Shown here in pieces: positions 10,772-19,421 of a stretch of 38,867 nucleotides of DNA. The position numbers and the translations under genes were made by a program. How positions within the stretch are numbered: position 1 is the stretch's first letter; the number at the start of each line of letters is the position of its first letter. Source of the DNA: Neophaeotheca triangularis (lineage: Eukaryota); the NCBI GenBank assembly GCA_054600435.1, contig BAAIJX010000038.1:186001-224867 (forward strand), in the 5' to 3' direction. The notes beneath the pieces were generated by a model. The model was not told the origin of the DNA. It ran no database searches and worked only from the letters and a program-made list of their open reading frames with translations.

Positions 10772-12128
10772 CCTTGGGGTTTTGAGTGGTGTTGTGGTGG
10801 CAAGGGGAAATTGTGGAGGATTGATTGAGGAAAGGAATTGTGGTGCCGATTTTTGAAGCGCGGAGTCTGCTGCTGGCTGTGTCTGGTATATGCATTTGTA
10901 AGAGTTTTCGAATCCTATCCAACCAACCCCTTTCTCCTTTCCGCTATTGTAGCTCGCCAATTTCCAATGCGAGCAAACACCGACATAACATCCACATACA
11001 CCAATCACCACCAGCCCACCACCGAGGTTCACAAAAGTCCCTCAAAGCTCTTACCCAACTACACCGACCCTGTCACCCTTCCAAACAGCAACCCAAACAA
11101 AAACCCTCGCCATCAGAAATCTCAACCCAGGCGTCCGCCGGGAAAAGCCGCCAAGTTCCCAACCTCCCACAGCCACTCACTTCCGCCTTCACTGAAACGC
11201 CCACCAGCGTCACAAAACAGCAAAAGAACACACGCTGAAACAGCCCAGAACCCTTCCTGCTCAGCAAGCTACGCGATTGTTTGTTCGCGTACCTGAGCAT
11301 CTATTGAAGAGCGAAAATGCACAATGTTGGAGCTTTTGCACGCGGCTTCGCTGGCTTGGGCAGACTTTGTTGGGCCGGAGGGGCGGGATTATGTATGGTA
11401 CAAAGTAGGCGAGCGGATAGTGTTTGTCCGGAGATCATAGCCGATTGACGGGCACTTTTAAAGAAAACTTACCAGCCGGAGGGCTACAGAGTTCCGCTTG
11501 GAGAAGCGACGAAGAGGAGTTTCTCATGGAGGCAGGGGCTCCTCGAGGGGTTCACCAGACTCTGCGAGCCGGCTTGTCGGGTGCTAGTGAGGCTAGAGAT
11601 GTGAGGGTTCTCGTTCGAGAGCTAAGCTTTCGGGGATGGACAGGGCGGCTGTCAGGAGGGCATTAGGGTTTAAGGCGAGAGGGGGACTTTGGCTTAAGAA
11701 AGAGCGACGGGGAGAGTGCAGGTTGCGGCGACACTGATTGCGATTTGGTAGCCGTGGTGTGGATCTTGGCGGACGGGGAGGAAGGGAAGGATGGGGCCTG
11801 GTTGTGGTCTTTCGGCTCTTTTTCCTTGGGGACGACCGCGAGGAGTGGCGTGATCGACTAGTCGTGTGCGACTTTGAGGCTTTTCCGGGGGACAAAGGAA
11901 TTGCCACGCTGGGCTTGGTTTCGCTGGTCTGGTCTGGTCTGGTCTGGTCTGTTCCAGGCCGATCTAAGGGGGAAAGAGGCGGTCTCGAATAGCGAGGTAT
12001 TATTGGAAAGTCAAGCTGATCTGCTCAAGAAATAATGTAAGAATCTATGATGAAAAGCAATATATACACCCAGACCGCAGCCACTCCAGCCAAAACCCCT
12101 GGCCCACACATCAGCCAAAAGCCCCCCC

Positions 12129-12563
12129 TCACGCCCCACACCCACAACCCTCCCTAACACTTACAAGCCGCGAGATCTGCGCCTCCAACCCCGAGCACCG
12201 CCCACAACCCCCTTGCTGCTCCCCTCCACACCTGCAATTCCTGACAGCATCCCTCAGCCGCCTGCTCTCCACAACAGCCAACACGCAGTGCGGGCAGTGC
12301 GTCTCGCTGCCTCGGCGTAGTTCCCGCGAGCCGTGGGTGATGTGGTGCATGGGTTCCATATCATCGTTGGAGCCGGTTGTGGAGATGAGGCTTGCGCTGC
12401 TGGAGGAGCGGGAGGTTTTGGGGGAGGCGCGGTAGGCGGGGATTTTGAAAGTGGGACCGGTGGTGGTGGTTGTGTTTTGAGAGGAGCTGGGGGAGAGCCA
12501 GAAAGAGGAGTTGTTGATTTGGGTATGGGGCCCGGAGCGGGTTGAGGTACGGCCGCGGGGCAT
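12129..12563 (-). CDS. Hypothetical 144-aa protein, Ser/Thr-rich N-half and Cys-rich C-half
   Basis: ATG in good context (CCAACCATG), TATA-like TATAAG near 12830, same 5'-C/3'-G skew as real genes here; HCPHC, CRC, CGRC and CGC motifs. No family recognised. Confidence 0.55.
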   Translation of the reverse strand: MPRGRTSTRSGPHTQINNSSFWLSPSSSQNTTTTTGPTFKIPAYRASPKTSRSSSSASLISTTGSNDDMEPMHHITHGSRELRRGSETHCPHCVLAVVESRRLRDAVRNCRCGGEQQGGCGRCSGLEAQISRLVSVREGCGCGA

Positions 12564-13123
12564 GGTTGGGGTTTCGTGGGTTGATTCGGAGTTATTTGCG
12601 TGACGAGCTGGAGTGTTTTATTTGTTTTGAGGTGTCGTTCACTGGTGTTGGATTCGTTGCTCGTTGGAGTAGGTGGTTAAGGTTTAGCTCGAAAAGTCTG
12701 GTAGATGGTAGACTTGGTATCAAATCGATCCGTTCGAGTCGATGCTAGAGAAACGATTTGGGAGCTGATAGGTTTGCTGTCGTCAATGAGGAAGGAAGAA
12801 CATAAACATCGGCCGCATGGCTCCCTTATATCGCCACCGCGCTCGGCTATCTCAACCACACACCTGGCCACGCGAGCAAGCCACTCAGAACTCCCATTCC
12901 AGACCACTGCATCGCCACTCGCGTGGTGAACTCATGTCATAATTGTCATTTGCTGTCTCAGAGGTACCGCAGTCTCAGAACGCCAAACTACCGCTTCGAG
13001 GAGAAAAGGTCCATCTCCGAGATACCAATCGCCCCTGAACAGGCTTGCGGAAGCGAGAAAAGACTACATATGGCCTTCGTGGCGCTCTTGTGCGGCCTAA
13101 AACGATGGCTGCCACGTTATTGT

Positions 13124-13380
13124 GGCGAATTTTGATCGTCGATGGCAGGCGAGGAGGCTTGAAAGTGGACGAGGGTCTCATGATTGCTTCGACAATCACT
13201 CCATTTGACGCAGAGGATCTATCTTCGAGGCTTTCTCGCTGCGGCTCCTACGTTCTCACGGCGAGTTTTGATCGTCGATGGCAAGCGAATAGGCTTGAAA
13301 GTGACATCCAACAGGTCTCGTTGTTGCTTTGAAAATCACTCGCTTCCATGGATGAGATCTTCCCGCAAGGCTTTCTCGGC
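13124..13380. repeat. Degenerate tandem duplication, unit about 136 bp (13124-13259 and 13260-~13380)
   Basis: Both copies share ggcga-ttttgatcgtcgatggca-gcga--aggcttgaaagtg, ggtctc, ttgctt-ga-aatcactc, gatct and aggctttctcg in the same order. Confidence 0.85.
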
Positions 13381-13984
13381 ATGAATGTCTTACTTGATCC
13401 GTTGGCGAGAGCGCGTGGCGAGCGTTGTCTTCACTCGAGTCTGAGCGGCAGGCTACCTCAGCGGGCAACTGACAACGACACGAGCCGGTGGCTTGAAGAG
13501 CCCCTGCCTGGACGCTCGTTGCGGCTGCCATGCTCCTTCGGCGCTTCTAGCGCTGTAGATGAAGGGAAGGTGGTGGCGAGCCGTCCCCTCATCTGGCGCT
13601 TTCGGTCTTTTTGACGGACGGAGGGATGACTGATTTCCGGCGTGTTGAGACTGTGGCTTTGTCACGTTGACGCCTCGACTCATCGACGGCTCGTCTTGCA
13701 GAAATTTGTACCTGCATGGCACTTCCCTGGATGCCAAACGCCTGTGCTCTGGTAAAATCGCTAGGCGGACACGGGTAAAACTAAGTTCGGGAGTAGTGCG
13801 ACAGGAACTGATCCAGTGCTTGGCCAAACCGGGCAGAAGGGAACGGATTGTCCAGCTCCGTCTAGACTTGCTGCAAGGGTCAGGAGTAAGAGAAGACAAA
13901 GGATCGGCCTATTCGGCTTCAAGCCTGACTGCAGGATTAAGATGTCTAACAACCTGTCCGTGGACTCGAGCGGTCGGTGTATTC

Positions 13985-14731
13985 TCACGGCTTGCGTGCC
14001 GTCAAGAGCAAAATATGAGGTCTTTCATCGTAAATATCCCAATACCCATTCTCTTTCCGCTCGTCATCAGGCAACACATGCCTGTGCCACTCCAGGTCTA
14101 CAAACCCAGCCTCCTTGGCACAGCTCTCGTACACTTCCCTCGAAAGGTGACAATTCTCAAACTGAACAACCTCAGGTTTGGTGAAAGCGGTGAGTCTCGT
14201 CCTCCAGCCATCTTGGATCTTGCCAATACCTTCGACTGTCACACCGTAGCGAGGGTCCAGCGGCTCGTCCATGTTCAGATTGACGTTGGGAGTGAGGGCG
14301 ACGAACCTGTTCCCAGGCTTGAGGTTGTGGTATATGTTTTGCCACATTGCGAGCTGTTCTTTCCGGTCTGAGGCATAGTTGAGGAGCCAGGCAGCAAATA
14401 CCAGATCGAATGGGCCATTCTCTACACTTGACACTTGGCTGCAATCGCCAACGCTGAAGGCGAACTTGTTCTGATCTGTGGCGGGCAAATCTTTTGTCGC
14501 GGTTTTGGCGGCATCGACCATTGCTTGAGAGATGTCTATTCCTACCGCTTGACTCGCGCCTTGCTCTACTAGCAAGCGGGTGTATCGTCCTAGACCGCAG
14601 GCCAGGTCGAGACAGTTGAGACCGTCCAGCTTTCCCAGGACGGCGATGACGCTGGGTCTTTCCGGCTCTGCTGCTGGAAGATGCGTCATGGACTTGTATC
14701 GCTCGCCTATATTGTCGTATTGGGTAGACAT
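13985..14731 (-). CDS. Class I SAM-dependent methyltransferase (resembles ToxA-like small-molecule MTases), intronless, 248 aa
   Basis: Motif I CLDLACGLG, acidic GIDIS, VGDC, FDLVFAAWLLNY, NLKPGNRF. ATG at 14731 (MSTQYDNIG). Confidence 0.88.
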   Translation of the reverse strand: MSTQYDNIGERYKSMTHLPAAEPERPSVIAVLGKLDGLNCLDLACGLGRYTRLLVEQGASQAVGIDISQAMVDAAKTATKDLPATDQNKFAFSVGDCSQVSSVENGPFDLVFAAWLLNYASDRKEQLAMWQNIYHNLKPGNRFVALTPNVNLNMDEPLDPRYGVTVEGIGKIQDGWRTRLTAFTKPEVVQFENCHLSREVYESCAKEAGFVDLEWHRHVLPDDERKENGYWDIYDERPHILLLTARKP

Positions 14732-14832
14732 GTTGTTGTGTTCCAATTACATCAATGATTTGGTGCTTTTTGCGTTGTACTACGGTAGGGTCCTTAACTA
14801 TCCATCGTCGCCTGTGAAGCGGTGAGGTTTGA

Positions 14833-14867
14833 ATATAAGCCTTCCATTGCTTATATAAGGTATATAG
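14833..14867. promoter_or_regulatory. TATA-like cluster including palindrome CTTATATAAG (14850-14859) in the methyltransferase/acetate kinase divergent promoter
   Basis: Three TATA-like words about 100-135 bp upstream of the MTase ATG. Confidence 0.4.
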
Positions 14868-15060
14868 TCCGTGCTTCAGCTTCAGCAAAACGACGTCAGA
14901 CCTGGACGTTGCCCTACCAGGTACCTCCTAGGTAGAGGTATTGGAACCTGGAGGTACATTAACCTTCCATACTACTATCAACGTCAACCCTGTCACTCCA
15001 CCACCTGCAGCTCCCGGAGTTCCGTTCGTGGATACCAGTCAAACCTTGAGCGAATGGTCA

Positions 15061-15061
<1 letters not shown>

Positions 15062-15105
<44 letters not shown>
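15062..15105. repeat. (ACT)x14 microsatellite upstream of acetate kinase
   Basis: Directly visible. Confidence 0.95.
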
Positions 15106-15201
15106 GGACATATAATAACAGGAGTCACCACCAGTAGGTTGCTTGCTTACCCTTGTCGTCTCTCACATTCTCTACATCCCTCTTCACCCACCTTACCCAA
15201 C

Positions 15202-16461
15202 ATGGCCAAATTAATCCTAGCAATCAATGCCGGCTCATCGAGCGTCAAAGTGTCTGTATACAGCTACCAAGACACTTCCTCGAACCCAACAGAACTCGCG
15301 ACAATTCAAATAGCAGGCCTCACTGCGCCCCCGGCGACGCTTAAATATGATCGAGGCGACGAACACATCAAAGACAAAGAACTCCCCAACATCAAATCCC
15401 AAGACGATGCCTTCTCCCATCTCCTCAATCACCTAACCTCGGACCCAAACCTAACCGCGCTGACCCAACCCTCCGACATCGAATTCGCCTGCCACCGCAT
15501 CGTTCACGGCGGCTCCTACGCCGAACCCACCCGCATCGACAGCGACACCTACCACCACCTCGAAGCCCTCTCGGACCTCGCACCCCTGCACAACACCCCA
15601 GCGCTCCAAATCGTCAAAACGGTCCACAACCTCATCCCCACCGCCACCAACATCGCCTTCTTCGACAGCGCCTTCCACGCTACCCTCCCCGCTCCCACCC
15701 GCACCTACGCCATTGACCCCTCGACCGCTTCCAAAAACCTCCTCCGCCGCTACGGCTTCCACGGCATCTCCTACGCCTACATAACCCGCACCCTCGCCGC
15801 CCATCTCTCAAAACCCGCCCCGAACCTCATAGCCCTCCACCTCGGCAGCGGCTGCAGCGCAGCTTGCATCCAAAGCGGGAAAAGCATCGACACGACAATG
15901 GGCCTGACACCGCTGTCCGGACTCCCCGGCGCGACCCGCAGCGGCGACGTCGATCCCAGCTTGATTTTCCACTTCACGCATGATGCTGGTCGCCCGAGCC
16001 CCGGCGCGAGTAAGGAGTTGCATATTACCCAGGCGGAGATGATACTGAATAAGCAGAGTGGGTGGAAGGCGATGACCGGGACGACGGATTTCGGGGCCAT
16101 TAGCGCGAAAGCTGGACAAGGGGATGAGGCTTGTGGTTTAGCTTTCGAGTTGGTGGTGGAGAGGTTGGTGAAGGAGGTTGGGGCGTATTTTGTCAAGTTG
16201 GGGGGGAGAGTTGATGGTTTGGTTTTTGCCGGCGGGATTGGGGAGAAGGGGGTTGAGCTGCGCAGGAGGGCTGTCGAGGGGGTTGGGTGTCTTGGTTTTG
16301 AGCTTGACGGGGGTAGGAATGAGGGGGCTGGGGAGGGGAAGGTGCGGGAGATTGGGAGGGAGGGGGCTAGGTTCAGGACTTTCGTTGTTGAGACGGACGA
16401 GCAGGCTGAGATGGCGAGGCAGTGTGTTGGTGATGTTGATAGGTTGAGGAGGCCGGCGTGA
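15202..16461 (+). CDS. ackA: Acetate kinase, intronless, 419 aa
   Basis: INAGSSSVK, HRIVHGG, LAPLHN, FDSAFH, RRYGFHGISY, HLGSG, MGLTPLSG..TRSGD, FAGGIGE and ETDE: acetokinase catalytic motifs present. ATG at 15202 (CAACATGG). Confidence 0.96.
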   Translation: MAKLILAINAGSSSVKVSVYSYQDTSSNPTELATIQIAGLTAPPATLKYDRGDEHIKDKELPNIKSQDDAFSHLLNHLTSDPNLTALTQPSDIEFACHRIVHGGSYAEPTRIDSDTYHHLEALSDLAPLHNTPALQIVKTVHNLIPTATNIAFFDSAFHATLPAPTRTYAIDPSTASKNLLRRYGFHGISYAYITRTLAAHLSKPAPNLIALHLGSGCSAACIQSGKSIDTTMGLTPLSGLPGATRSGDVDPSLIFHFTHDAGRPSPGASKELHITQAEMILNKQSGWKAMTGTTDFGAISAKAGQGDEACGLAFELVVERLVKEVGAYFVKLGGRVDGLVFAGGIGEKGVELRRRAVEGVGCLGFELDGGRNEGAGEGKVREIGREGARFRTFVVETDEQAEMARQCVGDVDRLRRPA

Positions 16462-16866
16462 TTTCAACAATGAGCTGGAAGGCATTTTGTGATCAGCCTA
16501 CCAAACTCTTGTCACTCTTACTTCGAAACGCGGCTCAGGGCACCCTTACGCCTTCGAGAGGAAAAAGGAAAAACAGCGCTACCGCATGTCACCTAGAGAA
16601 AACAGAATCGGCGGACCTAGGCTGACGCCTGCAGACTACCTACCTTTTCGTCTTGCAAACCCCAGTGAGAAGACGGAAACCACCGGGTCAGTTGTGTTTG
16701 AGTAAGTTACTCATAAATTTGAAAAAGCAAGACGGTTGAAGAACATCACGCCGTGGGTAACGGAAGGGGTGGGAAGGGTATTAGTACATTGAATCGGCCA
16801 GAACATTTTTAAAGTTGCAAAGAATCAAGGCTATCATTATCGTTACCATGACCGTGAACGTGGCCA

Positions 16867-18651
16867 TTACCGCCGTCGCCGACGCAAGTACTCTTTCGAC
16901 CCATCCTCCTCCTCCTCCTCCTCCCCCTCCTTAATATCAGCAGATACCTCCCCAACGCTCTCACCCGCGCCACCCGGTCCCTTCTCCGCCTTCCCTTCCA
17001 CCACTGCCTGATTTCCTATCTCATCCTCACTAGCGGCTCCAGCCTCACCCACAACTCTCCCAGCCAAAAATAAGACCGCCTCAAACATTTCCTTCCCAGT
17101 GGGCACGATATGCTCCCTCGGCAGCAAAAACCCATAACTCCCCTTATCCCTCAACTTGACCTGATACGCAAACCGCACCTTCAGCTCCTGGTAAAAGTAA
17201 TCCAGCGCCGAACCACCATTAGATTCCATACGGGGGAGTAGAGGTTTAGTAACATCGGGCGACGAAGCGGTGGCGACGGTGTTGCCTTCGCAAGCCGGTA
17301 GGACGGAGTAGCTGTGGCCTTTGCCCGCGGTGCGGATGCTTTTGGCGAGGCCCATGGCGAGTTCTTCGAGGTTTTCGAGGTTAGGCGGGTAGGATTGGCA
17401 GCTGTAGCTGTAGGGGTAGAGGATTTGTTGGGAGTAGGAGTGGAAGTCGAGGAAGGCTGCGAGAGTTGTGTTGGGGGAGGAAGTGAGGTTTTGCGCCCAG
17501 GTGGCTAGGGCGAGGGACTCGGTGGCTTGGAAGGGGGCGGCGCCCGCATAGGATTCCGAGCACGGATTGTTGGCCGAGGGGTGCGCGGTGTTGCTGGACC
17601 AATGCGTGCTGTAGGAGCGGTCGAGATCGAGGCCCGGGCAGAAGCGGATCGGGGTTTGTTGGCGGTTTTTGCGCCATAATCGGTCGGTCTGCCAGGTGTA
17701 GGTGTAGCCGTCGGGGTTGAGAGTGGGGATTAGCACGATGTCGATGGTTTGAAGGAGGTGGGTGATGGTGGGATTTTTGCCGTAGCCTGTTATGAGGCTG
17801 TAGGCAATGTAGTTTACGGTGCTGGTGCTGATCCATTCGCGCGCGTGGGCGCCACCGGTGATGAGGATAGTTTTGCGGGGTGAGGGGTTGGGTTGCTCGT
17901 TGTTGGTTGGGTGGACGCCGAGGCGGAAGGCAGGGATTTCGAGGCCTTCGTGGGAATAGCCGATGTTGACTAGGCGGACGTGGGTGGTGAAGAGGGAAGC
18001 CAAGAGTTTCATCCAGGGGCCGATGACCGAGAGGGGTTGGTAGTCGTTGAAGAAGATGTTGGTTTCGTCGTTTTGGACGGGTTCGAGGGCCGGGCTGAAA
18101 GGGTGGACGTGTTGATCAAGGGCTTCGTTTTGTTGCTCTCCATGGCGAGACGTGGGATAAGTGTCCCAGACGGCCTGGGCGAGAGCCTGTTCGCGCATCA
18201 ACGGGGTGTGCGAATGCTGCAACGTCTTCGGCAGTAGTCCAAGCAGGGAAGGCACGACGTCTTTGGCAAGCCTAATGTCCACCCAGTTCGCACTGAATTC
18301 CCACACGTCCAGCATCAAGATATCCGCCGCATCTGCCAGGCTTTCAGCTTCCTCTGTCGTTGTGAGGTTGAAACGTAGCACAACATCTCCGCCATACTGT
18401 GCCAGTGTGTGTGGTGGTGGTTTCAGGTCTGCATTTGGGGGATGGCGCGCAGATTGGTCGCTCTTGCCACGATGCGGTTTCCAGATAGAGTCAATCACGG
18501 CGTCGGAGAACAGCCTCCATGGTGAGGACGGTGGGGGTTTGGCAGGACTGAGTGGTCGTTGGAAGTAAGCGGCGTGATTGGGGATTGCTAGAGCAGAAGA
18601 GGTCAAGAAAGCCGGGAGAGCAAGCCAGGCTGCTGCATTGGGGAGGCGCAT
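16867..18651 (-). CDS. ECM14: M14 metallocarboxypeptidase-like Ecm14 (signal peptide, propeptide, probably inactive), intronless, 594 aa
   Basis: Signal peptide MRLPNAAAWLALPAFLTSSALA; GDVVLRFN propeptide; zinc motif HAREW and FHSY; NPDGY, LWRKNR; QVKLRDKGSYGFLLP has Lys at the catalytic Glu position, as in Ecm14. Confidence 0.93.
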   Translation of the reverse strand: MRLPNAAAWLALPAFLTSSALAIPNHAAYFQRPLSPAKPPPSSPWRLFSDAVIDSIWKPHRGKSDQSARHPPNADLKPPPHTLAQYGGDVVLRFNLTTTEEAESLADAADILMLDVWEFSANWVDIRLAKDVVPSLLGLLPKTLQHSHTPLMREQALAQAVWDTYPTSRHGEQQNEALDQHVHPFSPALEPVQNDETNIFFNDYQPLSVIGPWMKLLASLFTTHVRLVNIGYSHEGLEIPAFRLGVHPTNNEQPNPSPRKTILITGGAHAREWISTSTVNYIAYSLITGYGKNPTITHLLQTIDIVLIPTLNPDGYTYTWQTDRLWRKNRQQTPIRFCPGLDLDRSYSTHWSSNTAHPSANNPCSESYAGAAPFQATESLALATWAQNLTSSPNTTLAAFLDFHSYSQQILYPYSYSCQSYPPNLENLEELAMGLAKSIRTAGKGHSYSVLPACEGNTVATASSPDVTKPLLPRMESNGGSALDYFYQELKVRFAYQVKLRDKGSYGFLLPREHIVPTGKEMFEAVLFLAGRVVGEAGAASEDEIGNQAVVEGKAEKGPGGAGESVGEVSADIKEGEEEEEEDGSKEYLRRRRR

Positions 18652-19421
18652 GGTGAAGGATTTGCTGCTCGGTGTAGTGTGGTGCAGTGCACGGCACCAC
18701 CTCTTGGTATGGACAACCACGGATTGCCGAAGAGTGATTGATTATCTCGGTGCCTGCTGGGAGGAAGAGGGGGAGGGGAGGAATCTAAAGGAGCTTCCAA
18801 GGCTGACTCTCTCTTGAGGTCTTGATACACGGTAGGCTACGGTTAGCTCCCGGTCTCCCGCAACCTTGATGCTGCTCGGATCATCTCTGATGCTGTGATT
18901 GGATGGAGCAAACTCCGTACTAAGAGATGGCCGATATGATGGCTGAAGGGTCAGGTCTCAGGACGCGCACGCCGCACGCAACGCCCAACAACATAAGGTA
19001 CTCGTACCTAGTTAGTAACCTTGGAACCTGCTTCTACGCCTTTTTCTCCTACCTACATATTACTTGCTTGCTCTGCTCTGTGTTGCTTACTGCCCTGCTA
19101 ACTACTGTCATTCTGCCTGACCTGACCCTCGTTAATTCAATTCCCTTGGACACCTGCTCCGCGTCGTTGTCTGGCCGCGCATCCCCGTGCCTCCGCCCTG
19201 TTCGGGCTTCAGCCCTATTAGGCAACCAGACAACCATTCGCATAGCACAAAGGCGACGCAGCCTGGCCCTGCAACACTTGACCCAGCTTTTCACCGAACC
19301 CATCCGATCTTTGCATCCCCTCTTCGTTATACCTCACTGGATTTTGCTGGCTGTCCATCTCGTCGCGACCAGTACTCCGCCCCTCCAATGACCTACTCCA
19401 ATACCGACCAAATCGCCGGCC

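Noticed and set aside
11680..11692. AAAGTCCCC on the - strand resembling RNase MRP conserved region I
   Set aside because: Lacks the leading G and no matching GGGGCT partner for helix P4 was found downstream.
13667..14371. 234-aa + strand ORF, and 238-aa alternative-frame ORF 14172-14888
   Set aside because: Antisense or off-frame shadows of the methyltransferase with no recognisable motifs and non-ATG starts.
14941..15201. Poly-Tyr N-terminal extension of acetate kinase in the ORF track
   Set aside because: Starts at TTG and runs through the (ACT)n repeat; homology begins at ATG 15202.
18927..19391. 154-aa ATG ORF upstream of the Sec7 gene
   Set aside because: Lies in the divergent ECM14/SYT1 promoter and pyrimidine-rich leader; no motifs. 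Cannot be excluded as a uORF but is unsupported.
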